Positions 1 to 12,949 of a stretch of DNA of 64,000 bases are shown here, piece by piece. Positions within the stretch are counted from its first letter, which is position 1, and each line of letters starts with the position of its first letter. A program made the position numbers and the translations under genes. Below the pieces are notes generated by a model. The model was not told the origin of the DNA, searched no databases, and saw only the letters and a list, made by a program, of their open reading frames with translations. Origin of the DNA: Ostrea edulis (lineage: Eukaryota); the NCBI RefSeq assembly GCF_947568905.1, contig NC_079166.1, forward strand, positions 59,272,001 to 59,336,000. Reading direction: 5' to 3'.

Positions 1-393
1 ATTTCTGAAGGTCCGTGCTTGATGTCCTTTTCACAGATTCAGTGTATTGTTTGTAGATTTTTTTAAATCAATCACTGTTAGTTTTCTTCACCTTTTTCAG
101 CATCTCCACAGACATTCACATAGATGTATAGCAGCGTTAGAATTTCTTTTCTCCCATTAATATACCTTTATTCTTACAACAATCACATACATGATATGGA
201 TCTTTCATTAAAAATAGGAGTTGAATGAGCAAGAGGAAAGAGAAACGCAACATCACAGGTTTAGTCTGTTTTCACACAGCTATTGTCACATAGAATCAAC
301 AAGTGAAGATGCTCCACCCCTTCAAGAAAGGCCTTGCATGGATGTTAACATCAAGATATTGGAAGAAAAAGGCACAGAGGTATAGGGTGTACA

Positions 394-673
394 GGAGCGC
401 AGTGTATGGTTAGTGCACTCGCTTCTCACTACTGCGTTAGATCCTCGTGATCTGCAGTGGTTGTATGTGATGGGGTAATGTGGTCTGCTGCTCGGACACG
501 GGGATTTCTCCGGTGTCCTCCGATTGAAATGATCCGCTCACGCCAACATCTGTGCAATAAAGGACCCCATTGGAAATAAGATTTCGAGCTTTCCTGGGTT
601 ATCCTTGGTATTATAAATATGTATTTATGTATATACCGAATAAACATTTATTTATTCATTATTTATTTATTCA
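394..673 (+). mobile_element. tRNA-derived SINE in the transposase intron
   Basis: A-box-like GCAGTGTATGGTTAG, B-box-like GTTAGATCC, GGATTTCTCCGGTGTCCTCCG core similar to V/Meta-type SINE cores, and a (TTTA)n tail. Confidence 0.7.
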
Positions 674-1011
674 GAGCTTAGTTTGAAGTATACAATTGAT
701 ATTTTTATCAGAATATGTACTCTTCGTATGAGTATATTTTTTATACTTTTTAATTCATTGTGATAAAACTTAATTTAAAAAAATGGAAACAGATGCACAA
801 AATTAATAAACATCAAGTGTATAAATATTTAAAACCAGTGTCAGAATATATGAAAAAAACATTGAATTATTTATATGTGTACTAATTAATATTCTAATTA
901 CCGGTATTTATTTATTTATTTTTTTTTACATGCATTATTAATTTATAATGTTCAATGCAGGTGTTTTCTTCCAGAAACAATCAAAAAATCTGTATTCAAT
1001 TTTTTTCTTAG

Positions 1012-1498
1012 GTATGCAGTGTGAAACAGACCCTTTGCTGACAGAAAATGAATCATTGAAGCAACAGGTGAAAGAGCTCCAGAAAGAGGTGAACGGGCAT
1101 AAATGAAGTTTCCAGAAAATTGCGAATGATGACAACAAGACCCGCTTTTATACTGGATTCCCTTATTTGCTGTGTCCATGTGGCTTTTCAAGTAGGCTTA
1201 TTACTTAATAGTGCTTCCACAATGATCTCAATATCAAATTTCTTAATTTGTTCCCATGTTTGAATGAAAGTGCATGCACATGTACTGACATTTAGATTTT
1301 CACTCACTTTTAGTTTTCTACGACCAAAGGCAGATAAAATGAAGTATTGGTCAGGACCAAGCACAGATAAGTCTTCCGACCGCAAGCGAGCTTCAGCAGG
1401 TTCATTGAATTTGATTGATCAGCTGTTTGCTGTTCTCATTAGACTTAGGGTCGGACTCTTGACCAGTGACATTGCTGAACGCTTTCAAATTTCAGAGG

Positions 1499-1529
<31 letters not shown>

Positions 1530-2128
1530 CTGTGTACTTTGGCAAGAATTAAAATTTTTAAATCCTTTTCCATCTCGAGACATTATTCAAAGAACCATGC
1601 CATCTTCTTTTAAAACCAAATATCCTTCTGTTCGAGTTATCATTGATTGTACAGAAAGTTTTATACAGAAACCAGCCAGTCTTGACAACCAAAGTTTAAC
1701 TTTTTCAAATTATAAACATCATACCACTGCAAAAATTTTAATAGGTATTAGTCCACCTGGTGTCATAACATTTGTATCTGATGGCTGGCCTGGGAAAACA
1801 TCTGATAGATAACTTACAATATCATCAGGTTTAATTGAGTTGTTAGAGGAGAATGATAATGTTATTGCTGATAAAGGTTTTACCATTAGGGATGTGTTGA
1901 ATAAAAAGAAATGTAAGTTAAATATCCCACCATGTAGAGGAAGTGCACCACAGTTCTTTACTGATGAAGTTTTTGAAACCCAAGAAATTGCTTCTTTGAG
2001 AATTCATGTTGATCGAAGCATAGGCAGAGTTAAAAAAAAGTTATGTCACTTATACTTAAGCCTCTTTTGACCAAAATGTTTCAAGTTGCTTGTTGGCTAA
2101 CAAAGTTTGACGTTCCTCTGGTAAATAA
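1012..2128 (+). pseudogene. PIF/Harbinger/ISL2EU transposase pseudogene (HTH_Tnp_4 + DDE_Tnp_4 region)
   Basis: Motifs TRFYTGFP, LIDQLFAVLIRLRVGL..DIAERFQIS, VRVIIDCTESFIQKP, FSNYKHHTTAK, FVSDGWPGKTSDR, VIADKGF, IASLRIHVDRSIGRVK. In-frame TAA at 1810-1812, TGA near 1105, and a frameshift/deletion near 2040. A probable upstream exon at ~217-379 contains SHSYC, resembling the HCF1-binding motif of THAP proteins. Confidence 0.9.
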
Positions 2129-2267
2129 CTAATTTGTCAATTGAATTACTATACAATGTATAACATAAGTAAATTTTTCAAATTTTATTTGGAGTGAATA
2201 CCAGTATCTATAATTATAATCATTTAAGATACAGGTATATTGATGTCAGATGACTATTTCCTCAATA

Positions 2268-2531
2268 ATGCAAGGTGAAGATAACGAATAGTGATCAATC
2301 TCATAACTCCTACAAGCAATACAAAATAGATAGTTGGGCAAACACGGACCCCTGGACACACCAGAGGTGGGATCAGGTGCCTAGGAGGAGTAAGCATCCC
2401 CTGTTGACCGGTCACACCCGCCGTGAGCCCCATATCCTGATCAGGTAAACGGAGTTATCCGCAGTCAAAATCAGGGTGCCAAGAACGGCTTAACAATCGG
2501 TATGAAACACATCAGACAGCATTTGACCCAT
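2268..2531 (-). mobile_element. Penelope-like (Naiad-type) 3' end fragment
   Basis: Near-identical to the 3' end of the RT copy at 40829-41100. Confidence 0.9.
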
Positions 2532-3564
2532 ATACACATATATCATTTTTCATAAGAATTTGTCATGGAAGTATTGCTACTTTAACAAGAAAGCTCTTGA
2601 ATTGACAATATCACAACTTGTGGTGTTATTTTTAAAGAAAATTTAAAGTTTAAAAATCACAAGATATATTGATAATTATGAATATTTTTGTATATGTTAT
2701 AAAGGTTTACGAAACAGATATTCAAGGAATGTGTTGTCAGACCTTTATATACATGTACTATCAACATTAATATCATTAATAATATAACAGAAAGTACGAT
2801 TAGTATTTTTATACATCTTATGAGAGGTATCTAAAGGGGAACAACTCTTTAATCTTTAAGTGATCTGCAAGTAATACTGGTAAAATTGTTATCATATTTA
2901 AAAAAAAAAAGGAAGAGGGAAAAAGGACTCATTTTTTGCACAATATTGTTACAGAGGACTTTCAGTATCTTGGTATAATTTTCTCAAGAAGGGAAATTGT
3001 TTTATGCTTGTAAATCCTGACTTGTACAGCAAGCTGTAAGAAAAGCCAATTTTTTGTCTTTGAATGTATGTTTGTGTGAAATATGTTGATCTTATGAATA
3101 TGCATTTATTTAGTATATGATATATGTTTTGTACACCAAGTTAAGTGCTTATGCGGTTTATGAACATGTGTTTAAATATCTAAAAATAATTAATGCATTT
3201 TTTAAATCAATTAGAATTCATGTAACGAAAAATCTTGAAAATGAGCAAAGTGTTTTAACCATTGTGCCAAAGCATTAAAGAAATGAATATAACCTAAATC
3301 CATATTGATTTTCTTTCCTTTTTATCATTTAGAGGTTCAGAAGTATTATTTTTGACAAAAATTAATGTGCTGGTGTACTTGAAACTTTAAATACAAAGTG
3401 TGTAACATGCATGTTATATTTCTTATAAAATTTGCATTATTTTTGCACCATTAAATCAAAATACACCCTGTCGACAGTAGTTTTGGTTTCTTTTTTAGGG
3501 CGAACATTTTTCTGGATTTTTGTGAATCTGTATAAAGAAATTCAAAGACTCTGAAATTTAAATA

Positions 3565-4050
3565 AAAACAGGCCCATAGGCCAGTTGCTCATCTGAGCAC
3601 TTTCTATAGAGAAAAGCAGAAATTGGTACGTTTATATTGAAAAGTTTGAATATATAAGTGGTTTAAAACAACCCCCAGGGGTCATTATATGAAGAAACTT
3701 GAATCTACATTAACTAAAGATGCTTCCATATTGCTTTCACTGATCATGAATTTACAGTTCTTGAGAATAAGATTATTAAAAATACATGTATTTCCTGTGT
3801 AGTCATATGGTATATATAAGGCTGTTGAGATACTGCATTAAGCCGGGGGTTATGATTTGAGCAAACTTAATTCTACACTCTGTAATGAAGCTTTCATAAA
3901 GGTTATATCTTTTCTCGCACAGTGGTTTTTCAGAAGAAGATTTTTAAGTTAAAAATGTGAAAAATTAACAGAATACACAAGACAGACAGACAGACACCGG
4001 ACTCCTTTCATTTAGAAAAGCTTGCTTTAGCCTTCATTTCAGGTGAGCTA
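3565..4050 (+). mobile_element. Helentron-associated non-autonomous element (HINE-like)
   Basis: Starts AACAGGCCCATAGGCC..GCTCATCTGAG, has a (GACA)n microsatellite, and ends AAAAGCTTGC..TCAGGTGAGCTAA; a typical bivalve HINE layout. Confidence 0.65.
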
Positions 4051-7000
4051 ATTCATTTTCAGAATAAAAAGGCAAAATATGATGAACAAAAAATTCAACA
4101 AGTTTTGGCATCATGTGTGTACAGAATTCAGAGTCGAAGTAAATTCTCTCTATAAAACAGTTGCTGTCTTTGGCTGCCGTCCAGACAACAAAATCACCCC
4201 ACGGACACCCCATTATTCAGTCTTGGTCCTTCTGGCGTATCCTCCAAACAAAAGTGCATGTACATGTACTTTCCCAGCTAGATCATGGACCTATAAATAA
4301 TAATGAAATGTAAAAAAAAAATATGATAATAACTTTAACAAACTGACAGAATGAAAGACATTAATACCATGAAAAATTACCTCTTTTTCCACAATTACTT
4401 CATTAGAGATTGAGTATGGCCACTTAAGATATTCAATGTATAATGCCCATATTTCATATCTAATAAATGGATAGTGGAATTTTTGTAATCATGGTATCAT
4501 TTTGAAGGGTTCATCAAATAAAAGTAATCCACCATAGGAATTTTCAAAATTTTGTTTACTGCTTGATTTATTTCACCTAGAATTTAACATTGAAGTATAT
4601 GGGAAAAGCATGTTCTATTACAATATTTTAAAAAGAAATTATATTTTCATCAAAATCTCTTGGTAGAAAGTTACATACACTTTCTCTTAATGAAAATATG
4701 AAATAAAATTAATCATTGACCACACACATTTTTAAAAAAATTGATTTTTCTTATTTTTACAAAGGGTAGCCAACTCTTCCAAAAAGTCTTAAGTGCAAAA
4801 AGGTCAGCATCTAATCATTTACCTGTCATGTGAATTTCATTTGCTTCACTTTCATCATTATTTAACAATAAACATTTATGTTGATCTAAATCCTTCAAAA
4901 TTGTTCATTATCCTTTCATTATACATGGAATACCTTAATCTCTAACATCCCTCTCTGATTTCCCATGGGCATGGACTTATCATTTACCCATCCATCACTG
5001 CTTGCACCTAAAATGCATGAGATGGGTAAATGGTAAGCTCAGATGCCTCCACTGTCACATCAGATACTGCATTCTACAGAGTCAAGTAGTCTTTCACTGC
5101 TTCTTTCTCATGGTCTACATCCGTCTGGACTGGACGAGGAAGTGGTTGATATCTTTGATATAAAGAATAATATGTACTATAATTGATATGTAAAAATAGA
5201 AGTTAGTTGAAATACTGAATTATTATAGTAAATTCATGTTTATAATAGTAAATATTTTAATTTCTAAACCTTTGCAAACTGAACCCATTAATAATTTGGT
5301 CCACACGGTTCCTGGGGTTAGGTACAGCATTTAAAATGGCACCAAAGAGAGAACTCGTGATTCTCCCTTTGTGGAGTTCACTCCAAAGGGAACATGATCG
5401 TTGACCTCTTGTCCTTTCCTCTACATAGGTGCTCAGATTTTCATCAATTGAAATTGAGATTGGCACTGTAATGATATGTTTATAAATGAATCTTATATCC
5501 ATGGTAGATATATATATATAAATTTCATTGTTATTTCTACATCTTTTTCTTACAATTCTCCTTTGACAAGATCAGTGCTTTGGATGCCGTTTCTAATGGA
5601 TCTCCATATGTTTCCACCTCTATCTCCCTCTCAGCTCTGGGAACACCGTCTGGGATGTTCCACAAATGACTCATACCTGAAATATCATTTTGTTAGCAAA
5701 ATTATAATCATAGAACCTGGAAACAATTTCAAACTCTGTACTGTGTCTTTCAAGTAATTGACAGTTTGTTTTCTTTACATTTTCCTTCCCAACTGAGACA
5801 CTAGCTGATATTTATTAATAGAAACAAATGTTTAGAATGAAAGTTTTTAAGATAAATGCCAATTACCATTCATGTTTACCTGTACTTGGAAATATTTCCT
5901 TCAAATTTCTCAACTTGAAGGAGTGTAGCATTTCAGTCAAAGTCTCTGTGAGTGGTATGGCGAGGGTCAAATGAAGTATTCTCTGTGTTATTGGTGTCGC
6001 TGTCTGTCTTATCCTCTTTAGACTTCCTTCGGCTCAAGGTTTCTAGTGGACTTGATTATATGGGTTTTCTATTACTAGTCGGTTAAAGTGTTACAAAGTT
6101 CATATGTTTATTTGGTTATCTGTAAATAGTCAGACTATATATCAAATTTAGTTACTTACTAATCTACTTACCGTTGGGTTTGTTAGACCTTGCTGTGGGT
6201 ACCACCCATTTGCAAGGCATACATGTGCAGCTTTTTTGGGGTTTGGCATGGTTCAATGCAATAAGTAAGCTTCCAATATGACTACAGCTCTGCCCTAGCC
6301 TAATTTGAAAATACACATGCCCTAGATTTGAGATGATATACATTTGTACCAATATTTAATAATAAATCGAACAAGTAAAAACATGTATATAGTAACTTTG
6401 AAAATGCTTACCCCACAGGACATTGACAATATCCATGATGTATAATTGTCCCTGACTGTCCATTTCGAGAGATGCAAATGTACACCTGGTAGTGATGTTT
6501 TTTCATTGAAGCCTGATATTTAGCTCTGATGTACAGTATTGAGGAATTTATCTAAAAATCGAATAAAGAGTATTTGAAAGACCCCAGTTTACAACTCCTA
6601 CAGTTTTATGATAACACAATTTGACAATTTTGATAATTTATATGCATTTGAACACAAGTACAAATGACCATCACTAAAAAATAAAACTAAAAATACTTCA
6701 ATACTACACCAAAAATATTTACATGTCATCTTCATTCTAAAACTGTCTTTAATACCATGACTACATATCTCTTTCATTAGAAACATGTACATGCATTTTA
6801 AAACATGTAAAATACATGTTCAAAGATGTTAATCTGAGTTTATAATGTGAAACCTTTTTTTCTAGAAATACAAATTTATACAATAATATTATTTTATCCC
6901 ATACCTGTGACACCTTAATATATTGGACGTCACCAGCTTCGAAATGCTTAACAGCTCTGTCTAGGCCCTTGAAATTTTTCCTGTACCCCATATGGTGAAG

Positions 7001-7301
7001 GTCTTTCGATTAAAAAACTGTAAATATCACCGAATGTTATTTTCGGAATGTAACAGTGGTCTGGAGAGTCATAAACTACTGCGTTGAAAGGTGGTACACT
7101 GTCATGAAAGGGTAGTGTTAACGATCCTACAGTCGCATCTTGCTGTACGATCGGTGTTAAAACAGATACTGACGTCTGGCATATTAGCAATTCCTGTATG
7201 AGATCTTCTTTTTTCTTCTTACTGACATCAATACCATACTCTGTAGCAAGCTTTCGCAACGAATTTACTTTTAACTTGTATAAAGTATCCCACTTTGACA
7301 T
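4040..7301 (-). pseudogene. Multi-exon SAP/HeH - SWIM zinc finger - YqaJ (lambda-exonuclease-like) accessory gene, disrupted
   Basis: MSKWDTLYKLKVNSLRKLATEYGIDVSKKKKEDLIQELL (SAP-like); GYCQCPVG|LGQSCSHIGSLL (SWIM, split by an intron); EERTRGQRSCSLWSELHKGRITSSLFG; DHEKEAVKDY..HAFLGASSDG..MLEIK; DFVVWT..FIERIYFDSEF. GT-AG junctions, a frameshift near 6985 and several stops. Confidence 0.88.
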
Positions 7302-7389
7302 ATTTGTTATCAAGTCACCAATGTAAACAAAGTAGTTTGCCGCCCGGAAGCGTTTGTGCGCATGTGCGAGATTTATCGTGAAAAGGCCT

Positions 7390-8110
7390 ATTGACAAGAC
7401 ATAAGAATGCCGAGTAAAGTAGCATCCCCAGAGTTGATATAAATGCTGAGAGAATAATACCAGTCACTATAATTATCATGCCGTAAAAATGCTAAGAAAA
7501 TAATAGTATCCACCAAAAGTTGCATGATATAAGATTTCTAAGAAATTGGTAACATCCGCCACAACTGGCATGACATGAAATGCTGAGAAATTAGTAGCAT
7601 CCACCACAACTTACATCATTGAGATGACGTTAACATGCTGAAAGACAGTAGCATACACCTAAATGACATGACGTTAAATCGGTGGGAAATAGCATCCACC
7701 TTACTTGATGTGATGTAAACATGTTGAAACTTAATGCACCCAAGATAATTGACATGGTGTTAAAATATGTTGAGGGAAATAAGTAAAAATGCTGAGAATA
7801 TAGTAGCATCCGCCGTATTTGACATGACGTAAAAATGCTGAGAAAATTAGCTTCCGCCATACTTAATGTGACGTAAAAAATGAAAATTAATGCATCCGCT
7901 ATATTTGAAATTGCGTTGAAATATGTTGAGAAAAATAGCCTTCGCCTTAATTGACAAGACATAAAATTGCTAAGACATATTTGCATTCACCGTAATTGAT
8001 AGAGCGTTAGGAATTTTAGATATATAATTTCATCCGCCACAATTGACATGACGAAATATTTCTGAGAAGTGCTTGCATTCGTCATAGTTTTAAAAAATGA
8101 CGTTAATATG
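7390..8110. repeat. 46-bp satellite-like tandem array, block A
   Basis: Consensus CATAATTGACATGACGTAAAAATGCTGAGAAAATAGTAGCATCCGC with diverged monomers. Confidence 0.9.
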
Positions 8111-9529
8111 CAAGAATTGGAACTCAATGGAACGTGAAACATGTGACTCAAAGGACATATGTCAGAATTAATATGACATACACTACTACTTAAAGTGTGG
8201 CAACAGCTGTCCAAACATATTTGTTTATGTAAACATATATACAGAATCGAAACTAATGTTGGATATACATATACCTAAACACAATGTCAACGAGGCATAT
8301 GATACTCATTTGAAATTATAATGAAACTATGAATTTAAACCGGGGTGGTATTGAAAACATTAATTTGTGTAACAAGTGTATGTCAAAATTAGTACATACA
8401 ATAATACTGGAGATTAACTGAAATATGTAACACGTTGATATCACATTACTTATCTTATGATGAAGGTATGGGCCCAAAACAATATTGCATTATTGATGCT
8501 CTGAGCGCGTTTCTGGGGCGGGCGTTCGCTCAGTGATTTCGTAACTGCACACCTCCAGGAGCTAAATGAGGCAATGTTTGATATTCCAAAACTACGATGA
8601 TGTGAAAACTTTAGTTTATAGTCAGTTAGTACAAAACATTCTTGCAATAAATCAAGTTCCATGGCTATGTCGTTGTAACGGACATCGTTGACACACAGAG
8701 AGCGCAAAAACACTGGTCCGACTATCACACTTTCACTTGTTCAATGAGTAAAAAAAAACCATTGCATTTCCAATGTCTTTACCTGACATGGTTAAATCAC
8801 CGAAATCATTACTTTCAATGTGAAGAAAACAAATATATTGTTCAGCTGCAAAGTTCTTCAAGTTGGCGAATTTGTTAGCTCAGTAGCGGTATGATCGTCA
8901 GTCATCATCTCCCTCGAAATAAAACAGAGAGCTGTGATGTGTATAAGCGTAAATTGTCATGACACGGTGTTGAAATAAAAAACCAAACTAAAATATCGTA
9001 AACGACACATAAATGAGTGTCCGATAATCACTACTTTCAAGCACCCCGCAGCCACTTTGACCTACATCTTTGACTGTCGACACAGCGTGCTTCTATTTGT
9101 GTACATCACACAATCCAGATTTCGATTAAGGTTTAACAAATTTAATTGCAAATTACGTGGGCATATGCACTTAAAATCGCTACAAATTAATCCATATGAA
9201 TTTGCATAAGTACTAATTCTCAAACAAATTACGGTAATTAACTGTTGAAAACACAAATTTAGATAATTATCTTGATGGAAATTCCGATGCTTGAAACAAA
9301 AGGAAACATTGAATTGAATACCTCCTGAATAATTAATTGTTTGATTGGTCAGTGACATCGTATAGCGGTCAGTTTTATGAGGCATTACAGGGGGAAAGGA
9401 TAAAAATCATAAAACTAAAATAATTTACGGTACATTAATACGAACTTACAAAATTTGAATATAAAACAAGTCAGTGTATCAATAAATGTTTGTTTATAGG
9501 AAAAAGAAAATAACTTATAACTATCTGGG

Positions 9530-9677
9530 TTTTTATTTTTGTTTATTTGTTTCTTTGTTTTTTTTCACGTCCCGTCGAGTATTTTTCACTCATTATGAGA
9601 TGTCACCAGTTGTAGGTAAAGTACCTAACGTTCAGACCTATGCTTAGTGCTTATGGTCATAGCATTGAGGGTTCATC
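9530..9677 (-). mobile_element. 3' half of a tRNA-SINE (Meta/Deu-type) with (CAAA)n tail
   Basis: Minus strand GAACCCTCAATGCT..CATAAGCACTAAGCATAGGTC..GGTGACATCTC..GAGTGAAAAATACTCGACGGGACG plus tail; paralogous to 43370-43510. Confidence 0.75.
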
Positions 9678-9725
9678 AACTTCTTATATTTATGTAGCAA
9701 TATTCTATTATCACCTACATATGGT

Positions 9726-9728
<3 letters not shown>

Positions 9729-9765
<37 letters not shown>
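9729..9765. repeat. (TA)n microsatellite
   Basis: Directly visible. Confidence 0.95.
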
Positions 9766-9768
<3 letters not shown>

Positions 9769-9918
9769 TGTTTGTGTATATGTATATGTGTATGGTATGG
9801 TAATGTGATGTGTATGTACTAATCAAATGAGATGAAGTCAGTTTTCAGAGATAACTAAAAACTGTGGATACCTAACAGCATCAGAGGTAGAACTATACAG
9901 GTCTGTTCATTTACATTA

Positions 9919-10001
9919 TTTTCGACGCAACCCGCGTCTATATGTAGTTATTTGTTTATGTAATATATGTCTCTTGATAAAGACGCGGGTTGCGTCGAAA
10001 A
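9919..10001. repeat. Perfect 21-bp inverted repeat with 41-bp spacer (tiny MITE-like hairpin)
   Basis: TTTTCGACGCAACCCGCGTCT (9919-9939) / AGACGCGGGTTGCGTCGAAAA (9981-10001). Confidence 0.8.
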
Positions 10002-10109
10002 AATGAGTTTTAAATAATCAACACTGTCGTGGCCTTTTCAGTGCTTATATATATATTCAGGAAATTGAACAGTGTATGACGTGTTTCATATTTATTGTTA
10101 GAACGTTTT

Positions 10110-10260
10110 TATACACTGGTTTGGACTACGGATTATTCCGTTTACCTGATCAAGATATACTGGGCTCAGGGCGGGTGTGATTTGTCAACAGGTGATGTTT
10201 TCGCTCCCTAGACACCTGATTGCATAGCTGATATATCAAGGTGTCCGTGTTTACACAACT
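10110..10260 (+). mobile_element. Old Penelope-like 3' UTR fragment
   Basis: CCGTTTACCTGATCAAGATAT..GGGCTCAGGGCGGGTGTGA matches the family 3' end. Confidence 0.75.
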
Positions 10261-11259
10261 TCTAATTTTACAATCCTTGTAAGAGTTGTGATATTGGTCA
10301 CTGTTGTCGTCACATTTTCTTCTTCACTTTTTTCATAAATATCCATTTAACATTCTCAGCTACCTATGCTTTTTCTTCACAAAGTTTTATTTCACCCCAA
10401 TTACAAATGTTGTACTTGCCCGAAACAGAAGTAAAGTTATACTTATATCTAATACTTTTCAATACTCTGTAATATATTTTTGTTTTGTATATATCTAAGG
10501 GCGTCAATAACCATATAAAAATTTGTAGAAGATGGTGAAGTTCAAATGATGGTATACTATTGATATTTAAGTATTTGATAGAACAAGATGGGTTGCTTCT
10601 TTCATCACATGTAAATGTTTGGCCCATTTTTAAAGCATTATTTCAACTCCACTTTGCCCCAGGATAAAATTGACCATTCTAAAACATTGCAAATCTACAG
10701 GACACCACTTTTTCCTATTCCAAACGATTAATTGGTGATTGTTTAAAGTAAGAGAGGAGTTTGAGGATGAAGAAAGTAACAGACTGACGGACCACGGTAA
10801 CAATAATATGCCCAAGTCTCATCTAACTTCTGACTTTCAAATGCTATAAACGTTTTGTTTTTAAGTGTATTAAAGACCATTCTTGACTTGAGGCTAGCGA
10901 GAGGAAAGTATATGTAAAGACAACGAGTCAAATACCACAGACCAAATCAAAACGCAATACCAATATTTTAGTCTGATTTCAATACAGTTCATTGTGCAGT
11001 AATATTTACAACGAATTGCCAATACAGCTAGGTTTGTAAAACTAAAAACAATCTCTCCCTGAAACATCTTACGATAACGACCAACACCCACCCATCCTTA
11101 TATCTGTATATATAAACTGTCTATTCTTCAGGGCGATGAAATATTTTCATAGAAACAACAATATCAATTTAATGCATAAAATGAATGCAAACCAGCATTA
11201 TGACTTACGCACAAAGACCAGAAGAAACACAGTCAATTTATCAAGTGCTACATGAAGGG

Positions 11260-11431
11260 ATGAACATACATACATACATCTACATATCTACATACATATA
11301 TACAAACATACGCACTTATAATCCATTCATACATATATGCATACACACATACATACATACATACATACATACACACCTACACACATGCATACATACCTCT
11401 CTATATGCATATACATATATACATCTTTATA
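11260..11431. repeat. (TACA)n/(TA)n compound microsatellite
   Basis: Directly visible; runs into the gap. Confidence 0.9.
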
Positions 11432-11587
11432 NNNNNNNNNNNNNNNNNNNNNNNNNNNNNNNNNNNNNNNNNNNNNNNNNNNNNNNNNNNNNNNNNNNNN
11501 NNNNNNNNNNNNNNNNNNNNNNNNNNNNNNNNNNNNNNNNNNNNNNNNNNNNNNNNNNNNNNNNNNNNNNNNNNNNNNNNNNNNNNN
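11432..11587. other. Assembly gap (156 N)
   Basis: Run of N. Confidence 1.
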
Positions 11588-11949
11588 TACACAATACTTT
11601 AGACCTGAAACTCACTACACTATGTTCTAGTTATGCTAACCAGAATATAAATTCATTTTTACGTAATGTGGGACATCTGTATATTGTTCTGATACTTGAA
11701 ATATAGAAAAGCCGTCTCTAAAAATATTGAATTTACACCGGATACCTACGACACGGTGTCACATGACTCATGTGAACACACACGGGAAACTCACTACAGA
11801 GTGTTTAAACGTGATATATTACCCGAAAGTCACTACATTTAGTCTGGCGATTGATTGAGAGCACAGGAAACTCAAGCATTTCAACCATTTTCAAAAAAAC
11901 AAAACAAAACCCAACAATTTTTATTTTACAGTATCCCCCTTTACAGCAA

Positions 11950-12018
11950 ACAGGACTATTCCGGATACTAAAGTAAAGGGGGGGGGGGTCTTTACTTTGG
12001 TATACGGAATAGTCCTGT
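11950..12018. repeat. 29-bp inverted repeat around a poly-G loop
   Basis: ACAGGACTATTCCGGATACTAAAGTAAAG / CTTTACTTTGGTATACGGAATAGTCCTGT, 2 mismatches. Confidence 0.75.
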
Positions 12019-12949
12019 TCGCTATAATTTACATGTGTTTATTGAAATAAAATCCCAGTCTTTTATGCATTGTTTTACTTCAGTTTATCACAAAATATTA
12101 TCCGGAAAGTTGGTACCTTTAAAAGAACTATTTTTTTTTTTATATATCAGACGATATGGCTTCTCGGCCAGTGCACGAGGTTGTGTTTAGCAATGAATAT
12201 TTTCATATTTCAATGACCTTCATATCCGAAGAAGAGCCTTGGTTTGGAGTGTCACATTGTAACCTATATATTTGATCATAAGTTATATTAATTAAAGGTA
12301 TTTGATGTTCTACCAAGGAGTGGATGCAAGGGTTGGAGGACGTGTACCAATCCTCAGAGGCAATGGGTCTAAATAGTCCGGCGTTATGCCTTCAGTGCGT
12401 CCATGGTTAAGCCCTGGTGGGGCATGGGATGAGACACCTGGTGTTGTAGCGTATACCCCCTTCAGTAGGTTCATCCTCCGGAAAATCTGCTTTATGCCTA
12501 GCCATTTAGTAATTACTTTCAGAGAATTTAGGATAATGGAGGATCCAGATGGATATTTACGTCCTAGGTTGAAAATTTAAAACGTTTCTATTTACCATTT
12601 TATTAATCGTCTATCATTGTATGAAAGTCCTTTTAAATTGAGATTAAACTATTTTTTTTATGTGTTTGGTATAAAAGTAAGGAAAAACTCCTATTTTTTT
12701 CCCCGACATAAATTGTGAAAAAGGTTCATTTATCATTCGACAATATAGGGTCTTTCATCGAATCACGAATACTGGTTCAATATCCGTTTTTAACATTTTC
12801 TATGTCACAGTATAAGTTGGATTTTATAATATGTCCTGTGTTACACAATAATATCAAATAAAAATAAGGTCTGATGAAAAGACGAAGAGTGGATATTGAA
12901 AATGTACATATACAGTAAATGTATTCGTCTGCTCATGCATTGTGTCCTT

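Larger units (their letters stand above)
1..7389. mobile_element. Decayed ISL2EU-type (PIF/Harbinger superfamily) DNA transposon; left end lies outside the window
   Basis: Convergent DDE_Tnp_4-type transposase (+) and SAP-SWIM-YqaJ gene (-), the two-gene layout known for ISL2EU. Right boundary ...GAAAAGGCCT|AT|TGAC abuts the 46-bp array; AT is a candidate TSD half. Confidence 0.8.
7390..9730 (+). repeat. Segmental duplication copy A (paralogous to 39778-40828 + 42260-43565)
   Basis: Colinear, roughly 90-94% identical by eye, with the same monomer variants and the same SINE/Penelope junction. Confidence 0.9.

Noticed and set aside
2268-2531. Hammerhead, HDV-like or twister ribozyme in the family 3' end
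   Set aside because: There is no CTGATGA/GAAA core. An HDV-like fold lacks the P1.1 GG and J4/2 order, and the twister loop consensus is not met. Kept only as an unknown-structure hypothesis.
10560-11100. Possible third paralogue (PGAKW, FTCDE motifs) downstream of duplicate copy A
   Set aside because: Cysteine spacing and splice sites do not fit the 177-bp or 97-bp exons, and there are several stops.
11185-11706. ORFs over (TACA)n, the N gap, (CA)n (30271-30660) and (TA)n tracts
   Set aside because: Low-complexity or gap artefacts.
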